A stretch of 64,000 nt of DNA from Convolutriloba macropyga (taxonomy: Eukaryota), in assembly GCF_964194025.1 (NCBI RefSeq), contig NC_134478.1:29760001-29824000 (forward strand), given 5' to 3'. Below are positions 1 to 11,499 of the stretch, piece after piece. Under the pieces are notes generated by a model, which searched no databases, was not told where the DNA came from, and was given only the letters and a program-made list of their open reading frames with translations. Every line of letters starts with the position of its first letter. The stretch's first letter is position 1. Position numbers and translations under genes: made by a program.

Positions 1-2216
1 TGTGATGACAAAACTCTTGGTAACGTCGGTTTAAAATGTTTTGAGCTCAACAAAAACCAAGAATGTTTGATTTTTTCTATTTGTTTGTCTGTAGCACTTT
101 GTGTTATGTTTATGTCATTCAAAATTTGTTCTATTTGAGGCTCGTTTTTGTCAACCAGCGTTTCAAAAAATGTGTTCCAATCAGCCACGTCTAAATAGGT
201 GTTGCGTGTTTTCAAGTTGTTGAGAAGCAATGATTGCTTGATAAGCATTCTCTCCCAAATGGGCAATTCTTCAATATCTTGAACAAAAGGGCCCTGGTCA
301 ACAGTTCTTGTCGAAATTGCCATTTTTGTTCTCAACTGATCAAGATCAGAAGGAATTTGGTCCACTGCGCGTGAAAATAATGCGGACAATTCTCTGCAAT
401 CTTGGGAGTTAATTCCTTTCATAGAGGCCAATTTGAAATAAGTGGAGTCTATTTGAGCAAGGAGTGAGTTTTCCCACTGAGCAACATAACGAACCCAAGA
501 TGTCCTGTTGTATTCAGCAGTCCGTGATGAGTATTTCAAGCTCTGTTCTGGAACATTGTAGCTCGCAGCAGGAATGTTTCGTATGGAACTAGAAAATTCT
601 AGAACTCTTTTATCCCACATGACAAGATACAGGTCTCCGTCTAAATCCCCACCACTTAGCTTGTCGGGATCAGGTCTGAGACCGTTTGTTGAAAATATAA
701 TCACATTTTTCAACTTTGAAACTGAGCTCATTTCTTCTGGATTGATGCCCTTTAGAACTTGAATATCTCCTGGCGAATACGATGGACTGCGGTAAACAAC
801 AACATCACCCAACACAGGCCCAATTTCCGATAAAACAATACATTCGCCTTCTGCTAGAAAATTGTTCGGGAGCAACTCTGGAAACGCAACTCCGATAAGA
901 AGTCGTGAACAAGTGATGGGTATTTTTAACTTTTCGGTTGCCATGCTTTCCACTTCAAATGGTAAGTTGACAAGGGTGCTTGGTACCACCGATGATTTGT
1001 GTATTCGTAATAACTTTTCAAACATAGATAGTTTCAGTTTCAGACCGTAGCAGTGCAATGCAGCAACACTGTCACTACGCGCCTTTTCTGTTTGCTTCAA
1101 GTAAAAATCTTGAATTAGTTGCAATTTTTGTGCCGGAATGTTGGCGCTCAAAAGCGCAACTACTTGTTTGTTCAATTTCCCAATCTTAGCTTTGTGATTG
1201 GTCGAAATAATTCCCAGTTTGAAACGTAAATGCTCGTTTACATTTGCTTCAGCGTCAGTGACGTCGGCTTTGACCATTGAAGGTCGGAATGTCATTGAGA
1301 AGTCACGAATCGTGTCGCGATAATCAACAACTAGCACACCTTTACACAGAGTGCCGTTGCCATAGTAACGAATTTGCCATACACACGGAACCTCTGACCA
1401 CACTCTGGAAAGATCCGAATTGCTTTTCCAGACCCACTCTGCTAGAGCGGCAGAAATAAACCCACACCCATCCGTGAAATTATAGCTACCAGATCGTGTG
1501 ACCCTTTCGACATCGTTAGAGAAATTCATTTTTACATTTTTGGGTAAGTCAACAATATGTTGACATCCAGAAAACAATAGGCCGATGCACTTTGTGAGCT
1601 TCGCAATACCTTTGCTTCTCAGCCTGGGCCATCTTATGAATTCGTTAATTAACTGTTCACAATTTTCACTTGATCCACGCATGAAGTAAAAAGAGCGCTT
1701 TTGGATTTGGGAATTGCTGCATCCTATGAAGTTGAAAGGAACACCATCAGCTTTGATACCACCGCGAAGAATTTTTTCAATCAGGTTCTCTTCCTGCATC
1801 GCTGAGGGGGAGAAAACTTCGGCTTTTGAAATAAATTTGATTGAAAAGAATTGATCTGTGTTGAACGCCATACCTGATAAGTTCTTGCTCGACAACTGTG
1901 TAGAAAAAAGGTAGGATGTACTGTTTGTTTCCATTGGTTTGGCGATTTTGTTCTCTTTCAAAATATGCTCGAAGAAAAGCGAGTTTACATTCAGCAAACA
2001 GCCACTGGCAAAATACTCCCCATTCAGTTCAAAATCGAAGCTGCGAATAAGATAACCAGGAAGCTTACGAAATGGTTTATCCTCTAAAGCTTGCGTCCAG
2101 AGATCTGATGGTATTTCAACAACGCCATCGGATTCCACATATTTCGAAACTGTCGTCTTCAGAAGGTCAAATACGCTCTCTCGTCCAGACTTACACAGTC
2201 TTCTAGATTGGTCCAT
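1..2216 (-). CDS. Cellular RNA-dependent RNA polymerase (eukaryotic RNAi-type RdRP family), 3' end outside the window
   Basis: ATG at 2216-2214 with an in-frame TAA at 2222-2220. The frame stays open to the window edge (738 codons, hence absent from the ORF track). Manual translation gives RdRP motifs in order: GGIKADGVPFNFIGCSNSQ, KCIGLLFSG, YNFTDGCGFIS, PCVWQIRYYG..KGVL, FRPSMVK, VYRSPSYSPGDIQVL, LSGGDLDGDLYLVMWD (DLDGD = 647-633), CRELSALFSRAVD. Confidence 0.93.
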   Translation of the reverse strand, partial: MDQSRRLCKSGRESVFDLLKTTVSKYVESDGVVEIPSDLWTQALEDKPFRKLPGYLIRSFDFELNGEYFASGCLLNVNSLFFEHILKENKIAKPMETNSTSYLFSTQLSSKNLSGMAFNTDQFFSIKFISKAEVFSPSAMQEENLIEKILRGGIKADGVPFNFIGCSNSQIQKRSFYFMRGSSENCEQLINEFIRWPRLRSKGIAKLTKCIGLLFSGCQHIVDLPKNVKMNFSNDVERVTRSGSYNFTDGCGFISAALAEWVWKSNSDLSRVWSEVPCVWQIRYYGNGTLCKGVLVVDYRDTIRDFSMTFRPSMVKADVTDAEANVNEHLRFKLGIISTNHKAKIGKLNKQVVALLSANIPAQKLQLIQDFYLKQTEKARSDSVAALHCYGLKLKLSMFEKLLRIHKSSVVPSTLVNLPFEVESMATEKLKIPITCSRLLIGVAFPELLPNNFLAEGECIVLSEIGPVLGDVVVYRSPSYSPGDIQVLKGINPEEMSSVSKLKNVIIFSTNGLRPDPDKLSGGDLDGDLYLVMWDKRVLEFSSSIRNIPAASYNVPEQSLKYSSRTAEYNRTSWVRYVAQWENSLLAQIDSTYFKLASMKGINSQDCRELSALFSRAVDQIPSDLDQLRTKMAISTRTVDQGPFVQDIEELPIWERMLIKQSLLLNNLKTRNTYLDVADWNTFFETLVDKNEPQIEQILNDINITQSATDKQIEKIKHSWFLLSSKHFKPTLPRVLSS

Positions 2217-2515
2217 TGTTTAATTGTCATTCCAATGAAGAATCTGAATCCCGCCTAAAAGGACCAATGTCAGCCCCAAAATTGGGTTGTGAAAAAATGT
2301 TTGTCTGTTTCTGATGACATCATCTCATCGCCAGCATAATACACTGCTTAATACTAAGTCTTGGAAACCATATCGAAAACATGCATTGCGGTGGTGGAAA
2401 CCTGACAACATATAGCATGTTAGAGTATGCACTCTAGTAAGTATGTTGAGATCACAAGATGGAGATTGACATGATAGCTCAATATAAGAGACCATAGCAA
2501 GACTCTCGAAGTTTT

Positions 2516-2590
2516 GGACCAGTTGGCTCAGTGGAGAGCACAGGATTACAATCAATTAAGAGATTGTGGGGTCGCAACCCAAAGGTACCA
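2516..2590 (+). other. Possible tRNA-derived SINE head or tRNA pseudogene
   Basis: A-box-like TGGCTCAGTGG, degenerate B-box GGGTCGCAACCC at tRNA-like spacing, ends in CCA. Stems pair poorly. Confidence 0.3.
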
Positions 2591-3866
2591 AATTTTACTC
2601 CCACTATAATGATTTGGACATAGAATCAACATAACGAGCTAGTTGCTCTAATATAACAGCATCAAACGTCAGGAACAAATATTCCCGAAAAAAAACACTA
2701 CGTATTCTTACGTACTCTAAAATTTGCATAATTGTTCACATCAGGACCAGAATAATTTGTTATCGAAAGCTATATATAGGACAGACTTTTACTGTTCCTA
2801 CAGATAAATTTACAGATAACTTAGTCGTTTCATTTTTGTCAGTGTAAAACTCTTTTAAATACTCCCTTGAATTGTTTGCCAACACTGGTCAATGTTTCAC
2901 TTAAAACAGTGTACAAAATGCAATTCTTACAAAAAAGACTAACCTTCACCAGCTTCATACTGCTGCCTTCTGTCCAAGGGTCTCCTCTTATTCCACTGCA
3001 GCACCTATCTCTTACTTTTTTGTTTTGCATGTTTTCTATTTAATTTATATGCTCTTCTGTAGTAAAAGTTACGAGATGGATTCTCATCATCGTTATCTTG
3101 GCAGCAATTAATTATCCATTCCATCAATTATTCACGTTAGAAATTCAGCTAGGTTCATCGCACTCACCGCAAACATTACGCAATTTTACCAAAAAAATGT
3201 TGTAAAGAGTATTTTTAAGAATTGAAGTGAATATAGAGATGAATTTTTTAAAGAAATGTAGTATATCTCGGCAAATTAAAATTATTTCACAATCTGTAAA
3301 AAGGAGTATTTAAGCGCATTCACCACATTAAAAATTCCGCACCAGCGTCGAAGCTACAGTTCAACTATAGTTTTGTACGTTGACATCTCAATCTGAGAAA
3401 TATAGGACCACGTGAGTTCGAAACCCGCAAAATTTTCTTAAAAACTGCAACGCTATGGGATCTTCTTCCCTACCAGGGTTCTATATGGTTGTCAGTGAAA
3501 TATTTTTTTTGAACCTGTTCTAATAATTTCAGGGATTTAAAAATTCTATGTCATTCTACACTTTTTCGTCTGTGTGGTATTCGTATAGAATACACATTAC
3601 ATTTTCGTGATGCAAATATCAATTTGAGAATTTACTGTGAAATTTGCGGTGCAAATGATTCTCTCACTAATTACAAAATTTATTATAATCTCATAGGAAT
3701 TTGCTGTGCGATTAACTGAACTCTACTCAGATTATTTAAAAGGAAAAGATTGACAATTTCAATCATTGATTTAATTTTGTAAGAAAATGAAATTCTTAAA
3801 GAGAACTGAGAAGAAAAAAAATTTGATCACCATTTGATCAGAAAAAATAGAGGAGTTGAAATTTTG

Positions 3867-4272
3867 TATTGAAGGTGAAAACACTCTTCCGAAAGCTTCA
3901 ATTTATCGGTACATATCAACGTTCTCAGCATCATAAAGCAACGTATTAGCATTATCGGTGTACAAAGCAATAAGTGAAACTTAGACGCCAAGATTTTTTG
4001 ATGCTCATTTAACAGGTTTTTTCGTCTGATGTCATTGACGTCAAATCAGTTCGTATTCAATCGACAATTGTCTAGAAAACCTAAAAACATTAAGCAGAAA
4101 ACCAGCTTAATCGATACATCTAGTGGTTATATTTACTTAAAATTGGGTTAAATGAACTTTTTCGCAACTTTCTACGCATATTAGAACGTATTTTATTAAT
4201 TCTGAACGATTTCTGTACGCATTTGTATACTCGATTCTGATTGGCTAATATTCGTCCACTTACTACGTAACA
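3867..4272 (-). repeat. 3' LTR of BEL/Pao 1
   Basis: About 3970-4272 aligns closely to 10715-11202 once the insertion is removed. The distal ~100 bp is poorly conserved, so the left edge is uncertain. Confidence 0.75.
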
Positions 4273-7200
4273 TCCTCCGCCCCGGAAGAAGATGTTGGGA
4301 AAACGGGTACAAGTTTTACAAGAGGACGGACGAGTGAACCGGTCGACGTTCGTAAAACGGCGGAGCGCGCGACGCTATCGGAGTCGTAACGGAGTTCCAC
4401 AATCCAAGCGGTTGGGTAGTAACCACTAGTATTGGTTTCTTCAACTATCCAGACCAAGTCACTGGTCATAAGGTGTTGCTCGGCAGGCGTCTGCCACTTA
4501 GAGTGTCGGTTCAGCGTCGGTACGTACTCTCTGATCCAACGGGACCAGATCGCATTAGCGTACGACTGCGCACGAGCGTAACGTTTACGATGGTCAAACA
4601 ACAGACGGAATACCGGTAGAGCATTCCAACCAAATATGATTCCTAAAAGAAAGTGGTTAAGCGTTATAGCGTTCAAATCGCACGGATCAGCGCTTACGGG
4701 TGTTAAAGACGCGAATTCAGAGCGTTCTCCACGAGACAAAAGGTAGTATGCAGCACCTCATCCGTGAGGCGACGCGTGCCTAGAATAGTATACAACACGC
4801 GCTTGAAACTACGTACCCACCTCTCCCAAATACCACCTTGATGTGGTGCGCTGGGTGGATTGAATCTCTACTTTATACCTTTGTGAGCAAGCTCAGCTGC
4901 AATGTTGACAACGTTCCACTTTTCAATACTTTCTCGGAGTTCTTTCTCCGCTCCAATAAAGCTAGTGCCATTGTCCGACCAAATCATGGCAGGCGTACCC
5001 CTACGTGACACAAACCGCTCAACTCCCATAACACTACAGCTGGTGTCCATGGATGTAACTATCTCTACGTGGACAGCGCGAGTAGTGAGACAGGTGAAGA
5101 GGAAGCCCCACCTTTTCTCAGTAGTACGGCGGAAAGTAACATAGAATGGCCCAAAGTAGTCAACGCCAGTGTTGTTGAAGGTAGGAGACTGGTAAGCAAG
5201 TCTCTCCTTAGGTAAATCAGACATGATTGGTTGCATAGTTACCGCTTGGAATTCTCGGCGTCTCAGGCAAGGTGCTTTGATGGAACGCAGTGATGATCTT
5301 AGTTTCAAAACTGTATAGTGTTCCTACACAATTGATCTTAGGCATTCAACGCCTTGATGATAATGCTTTACGTGAGTGTGTTCAAGGAACAGTTTTACAA
5401 ACGGATGACGTGCATGTAAGATGATCGGGTACTTTACGTTAAACCCAACTTCCATTGAACGCTTGATGCGGTCCGAGGAACGAATTAGCCCATTCGGACT
5501 TATGAATGGCTAATGTGGAGCATTTCGGCTAATCCGTTTAACAGATTTATTGTCAAGAAGATGTTTTCTTTCGGTTTAAAAAGACTCTCCTTGCACCAAG
5601 TACTGCAGATGACGCTCACTCGGCTTCGTAAAGCTCAGTAGGGTCAGTAATGCTACCATCGAGGTTACGGTAGCCGGCATGTTTTGGCAAAAGCCGGAGA
5701 ACGTATGCGGCAATGCGTAAGTACTTTTGATAAGAACTAAACCTATAAAACGGAAATATTGAAGGAAAAGGAGTTATCTGATTTTTGGCAGATGTAGTCA
5801 GAGATACAGTGTCTTCTATAGTGACTGCTTGATTGACGCCAAGTTTGATGTTATTAAAGACGTCTTTGTTTGGTACGAACGGGAAACGTGAGTTAGTTAG
5901 GAAATGTGGACCTTTGACCCAACTGCTTAGTTGCAAAATTTCAGCGGACACTCCACGCGTGCAAGCGTCAGCGGGATTATTCTTAGTTGCGACGTGGTTC
6001 CATTGGTCAACGCTGGTATGCTCCAAAATTTCAGAAACGCGGTTTGCAACAAAGGTTGGTTGCTTTTCATTAGAGTTTATCTACTGAAGAACGGTCGTCT
6101 GTCTGTCAACATGAACACTTGTTTAACAATTACAGTAAGTGCCTGAATAATTTCGTTCTTCTGCCGAGCTGCAAGTAGAGCTGCTTGTAATTCGAGTTTT
6201 GGGAAAGTCATTACTTTCATTGGCTCTACGCGCGCTTTCCTCAAAAGAAACGCGAGCCCTGTTTTTGTCTTGCCCATAGGAGTTGTTACTCGGGCTCGAA
6301 GAAATACGACGGCAGTAACAATATCCTGGCAACTGTCACCAAACATATGCAATTCTACATTATCAAAGGGTCCTGTAAAATAACTTCGAGGAATTTTTCA
6401 AGCTTTGGTAAGTCCGCACTCCAAGCCAAAAATCTTTGAACCTTGTCTTGCGGGAGCTCATCATCCCATTGTTGTCCTGAGACACGCCAGATGTCTTTTA
6501 AGAGCAGTCGCGCACCAACGGTAAACGGTGCGACAAGACCAATGGGGTCAAAGACTTTCGAGACAAGACTTAGGACCAAGCGTTGCGTGAGGGACTTGGT
6601 GATAGCTCAGCTTGTACCCCTACTCACAACTAAAGTGTCATTAGTGTGATCCCACTTTAACCCTAGCACATGCGATGAATCCTCCTGACATGAAACAATA
6701 ACCTTGGGCTCAGTAGATTGAGTGGAACCATCAATTCGATCAGCCAGATTTGGCACATTGCTTACAAAATTTGTCAGCTTGAACCCACAGAGATGGAGAA
6801 GATGTACCAATTCCTTCGATCTATTGACGGCTTTCTCAGGAGACTCCACTGAGATAAGGTAATCGTCCATGTAGAAGTTCTCAAGGACGGCTTTTGCAGC
6901 TTCGGGGTAAAACTTGGCAATGTCTCTCCCAGTGCGTTGTAATGCATAGTTGGCGCATGTGGGTGAGTCTTTAGTTCCGAATATATGGCGCGTATATTGA
7001 TACACTACAACGTTAGTTGTGGGGTCCCCCCGCCACAGAAAGTGAAGTGATGGCTGATCTGATGGTAATGCACCAACCTGTAGAAACATTCTCTCGATGT
7101 TGGCAGAGACGGCATATGGATGTTGTCGGAAGCGAAGAAATACGTAAATAAGGTTTTGGAGCAGATCAGGGCCAGTGAGCAAAGATTTATTCAGTGAAGC

Positions 7201-10200
7201 ACCATGAAATTTTGCTGCTCCATTGAGCCCCCTACGCACCTTACCCAGTTTGTTCGGGTGTAAAACCGGATGGTAGGGTAGGTACCACTCTTTATCGGAC
7301 CGGTTCTCAACCTTGTGAGCGTCGGAAACTCAATTACATACCCCTTAATTAGGTCTTTCTTGATGGTACTAGTATACTTCTCTCTAAGGTTTTCATCCTT
7401 GGCCAATCGTTTTTCGATAGATTTTAGTTGCACAAGGGAGGAGAAGTATTTATTTGGGAGCTTGGTGTTGTCTGCTGCCGGCATTCCGACATTGTATCTC
7501 TGGCCATTGTATATTGTGGTACTTTCAAGGATTTCGTGAGCCCTTGTGTCTTCTGCAGATCGTGGGTGGACCTGCTTGCTTGCCCCAAATGATTCAATGT
7601 CGTACCATGACTTTACTTGGCTTGTTAACTCATTGTCATGTTCGATATTCACATTAAAGCACGTTGAGGTTAAACAATAACTTGATGGTAACGGACCGCT
7701 TAAGACCCAACCTATGGGTAAGCGTACGGCAACGGGTGAACGCTTCTCATCGGCAGAGAAGTATTCTAACGGGCGGATGGCATGATAGACATCTTGTCCG
7801 AGTATCATCTCAATATCTTTATAGGAATATGTCAAGGGATCAAGGACTGCTAAGTGTGGGTAAGTCTCTTGCAGGGCCTGTACATTATTTATATCTGAGC
7901 CGACGTTCAGACTCTCCTTAACGACCTTTGATGGTAAATGGTTCGAAATCCTGATGTTCTCTTGGTTTCACAGTAAGTTTAACAACCCTAGTATCAACTA
8001 CTTATAACTAGTAGTTGCTTTACTTTGACCTGTGTTGCCAGAAGACTGGATAGTAGTTGGATTTAATGACTGTTTTGTTGGGAAAACACTGTCTGCTCCA
8101 TGCAATAGTGAGTTATGCGAACTATTGCACCCTTCTGCTCAGCACTTCTTGGTTGAGGGCACTGACGGAACGTGTGCTTGTCCCTTAAGCACGAAAAGCA
8201 AAGATTATTATCCTCCACCAACTTAACCCTCTGGGTTGGAGTCTTTTCCTTTAAAACTCGACACTCCCATAGCCGGTGGTTACCTTTGCATACAATGCAC
8301 CGAGAGTAAGTGTTTGTGGAAGAAGATGGCATTTGCTTCTTTGTTTTCCTTTGTTGTGAATTTGAAGCAAACGCTTTTGAGGCTGTTTTGGTCTTGGTTA
8401 CTGAAGTGCTGTTCTCTTCAGGTTTGTCTTGGTTGCACTTTGTTTCATAAGACCATGGGCCTCAGCTTTTTCTTTAAGCCAATCGTTAAAGTCAAGCAGG
8501 GTAGGCTTAACCCAGTGCCTCTTAACCATAAAGAGTGACCACGACTCTTTCATGTTTGATAGTAACTTCTGTACCGCTTGGTTAAGTAACGAAGCGCTCT
8601 TCAAGTCAGCATCATATGATAGTGACTTGAAAAGCCCAACGAGGCTGGATATGGCTGCAGAATAGTTAATGATGTTATCACTATTGTGCATTTTAAGAGC
8701 TGGAAAGTTGCTTAGTTTATCCAAGTGTGCGCTTACGACTGCCTGTGGCTGGCCAAATTTACGTTCTAATGTTTTTAGTGCATCCTTGTACATTAAACCA
8801 CAGTAAGCAAACTCGGCAATTGCAATCATTGCTTTACCGGTGACAAGTTTTCTAAGGTATGTCAATTTAACGTCATCGGTGAGCGACTGCGAGTCAATCG
8901 CTGTTTTGAATTGACCATAACACTCATGCCACTTTAATGAGTCGCCATTAAACTCTGCAAATTTCCACTCCGGCAAAGGGTCGTTTTTCTTGTTATTGCA
9001 TCAGTCAATTCTTTAGTCAATGACGCATTGTCTGCAATTGAAGGAACAGGTGCAGACACCTGCGGGCCACTCCAACTGAGTGGTGTGGGCCCAACATGAG
9101 GATATGTTGGCTGAAAAACCGGAGTGGATAGACCAGGTACAACAATACTAGAAGTTGCGATTGGGTTTTCCTGTTGTGTGCCGGATGGTGCTTGCATATC
9201 AATCAAAAGGGGAGAATTCGAATATATTCGTTGTGGAATATTAGTGTTTGAGGGCAAAAGTTGAGCTTGTACATTTGGAGGTACACTATTCACGGTATTA
9301 ATTTCTTGGTGGATTATTGACGGACTGTGCTGTGGAAACCGCCAATGACTCATATTTGGCACAAAGTTTTGGCCAAGAGGGATATTGGGCATATTTGGGA
9401 TACGAGGAGCAACGGAACGGAAGACTGGGCTCGGAATGGGAAAGTCATTAGGACTAGCGGGTTCGGAGTTGTGCTGTTGAGTGTTTGGACTTGTTGGGGC
9501 GCTTGGGTGCAAGGGAAAGATTATTATGGGGGCTGGATGATTTTTTGCCGGAAAAGGAGGAAGAGTGGCGTTCGGTGCTCGGGGGAAAAAATTAATTTGT
9601 TGTCGGGAGCATATTCGCAGGGCCGAATTGAAAATTCAAGTCCCCTGGATGGTCAAGTTTTAAGCTGTGCGTGTGGAAAAAATTCGGATGCATTATTTTG
9701 ATTTGCTTGCGGTGCGAACGGCTGTGGTGGAAGGGGCTCTTGAATGGGCGGTGAAGAAGTCCCTGGGGCGTGTACAGAAGGCGGGTGACTATCCGCGGTT
9801 CCTTGTTTAGTTATTGGCGGAGGCGCCATGCCTTGTTGGCCTGTTTGATACATTTGCGCCCTTAGGTGCGCCTGGTACAACGCCTGTGTGTTAGCAGCAG
9901 CCAAAAAATTTGCAGGTGGGATATAATAGGGGTCAAGTTTCCGCAAGGTGTCATTTCTTAAAAAGTATCTGCCTCGACAATTTTTTAGAATGGAATTCCT
10001 TGAAATGTCACTGTTGTGATTTCCACTGCTTCGCCGTTATTGTGGCTAGGGCATTCTGGAGGGTCTTTCGTAACCTCTGTTTCACCAGCTTTCTCCTCAA
10101 TGTTAAAACTTAAAGCAAGTGAGGTGTTGATCCAGTCCTGGACAGCTTTTTCTCTTCTCATTGAGCTCTTAGCACTTGCGGTTGTTTCAGATTGGCTACC

Positions 10201-10400
10201 TTTAGAAACGGCGTCCAGCAATTCAAATTCGTGCAGAGTCTATGTTGACTGTGCGTACAATACAGAGACTATTTCAATGATAATTTTGCTCAGCAGATAT
10301 TCTTTAATATCTATCGGTAAATTTAGTTACACCACTGGGGCATATTGTAAAGTCGTGGTAATCGATACTTTTTGCACAATAATTTTTGCGATATGATATC
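4263..10400 (-). pseudogene. Disrupted BEL/Pao gag-pol
   Basis: Gag (EFNGDSLKWHE, 8398-8976), Cys/His knuckles (8063-8332), RT (NFYMDD, 6607-7239), RNase H (HMFGDSC, KLELQAA, NPAD), integrase (GVDYFGP, SDNGTSF, 4868-5308) and C-terminal region (WSRWIREY, 4263-4739), split by stops and frameshifts. Confidence 0.9.
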
Positions 10401-10601
10401 AACTATTCCAAAGATATCTAAATCTGAATTTTGTTCAGCCGATTCGTAATGCAAGCGTTTCGTATAATGTTAGAATGATGTTAGAATGCTAACATCTAAT
10501 GCTGTTGTTAGTATGATGTTAGAATGCAAATTATGTGTCGACCAGCATCGTCGTCGCTTCGTCGGTCAAAAAAAGCTGTTCGTAAACCGTCGCGGTACCA
10601 A

Positions 10602-11202
10602 TATTAACTCAGTAAAAACTGTAGTTCGGGAGTTCAAGCTCAATGATAGCAAGCATCGTATAGCAACGTGTTATTAGCATATATAAAGCAACGTGTAAGC
10701 AACGATCAAGACAACAAGTGAAACTTAGACGGCAAGGTTTTTTGATGCTCATTAAACAGGTTTTTTCGTCTGATGTCATTGACGTCAAATCAGTTCGCAT
10801 TCAATCGACAGTTGTCTAGAAAACCTAAAAATATTAAGCCGAAAACCAGCTTAATCGATACATATAGTCAGAAAGTTTCAGACGCAAAAAAGTGGCCATA
10901 GACGCCAAAAAAAGAGCATTCATGCTCACTAAAAGAACAGTCTGAGATGTGGAGAATCATAGAATCCAGGCCTCCCTTGAAAAGCATTGCGCTTCTGGAT
11001 GGTCTGATTTGGTTTGAATGTAGTTCACCAAATAATTACAATTATTATATAGTGGTTATGTTTACTTAAAATCAGGTTAAATGAACTTTTTCGCAACTTT
11101 GTACGCATATTAGAACGTATTTTATTAATTTAGAATGATTTCTGTACGCATTTGAATACTCGATTCTGATTGGCTAATAATTCGTCCATTTACTACGTAA
11201 CA
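10602..11202 (-). repeat. 5' LTR of BEL/Pao 1 (interrupted)
   Basis: Matches the 3' LTR, is followed on the minus strand by the PBS-like TGG, and contains a 178-bp insertion. Confidence 0.8.
10869..11046 (+). mobile_element. 178-bp insertion with 7-bp target-site duplication (likely 5'-truncated retroposon)
   Basis: Absent from the partner LTR. Flanked by ATATAGT at 10862-10868 and 11047-11053; AT-rich 3' end; no terminal inverted repeats seen. Confidence 0.7.
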
Positions 11203-11499
11203 TTTTGTTTACGACGTTATCAGACATGGAACCGCGGTTTCTGTTTAAACTAAGGACAATTTAAATCGCCAGATTAGTTGAAACAATAAACTAAACTCAA
11301 ACACCACTTAATATGGATACACTGATGCCTATAAAATGACGATAGAGATGTCAAGTCCGTGTGACATTTCCCCTCTTGTGGCAATTTTGGAGGAATATAA
11401 AACTAAACAATCTAAAATCTGAAAATTAGAGGTTATTCAGCAGTTTCTATTATGTACAATATTATGTAGTAATTAAAATATTTAATTCAGTTTAAGTCA

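Larger units (their letters stand above)
3867..11202 (-). mobile_element. BEL/Pao LTR retrotransposon 1, near full length but decayed
   Basis: LTR pair (~3867-4272, ~10602-11202), both beginning TGTTACGTAG on the minus strand. PBS-like TGGTACCGCGAC at 10600-10589; purine tract GGGCGGAGGA before the 3' LTR. Fragmented gag-RT-RH-IN ORFs. Candidate low-complexity TSD TTTTG (3862-3866 / 11203-11207). Confidence 0.9.

Noticed and set aside
574-1459. Three short plus-strand ORFs
   Set aside because: Antisense shadows of the RdRP frame.
2839-3030. Possible small spliced exons upstream of RdRP (GTTAGT donor near 2944)
   Set aside because: No recognisable protein and no frame-consistent link to the RdRP ATG; may be UTR or chance.
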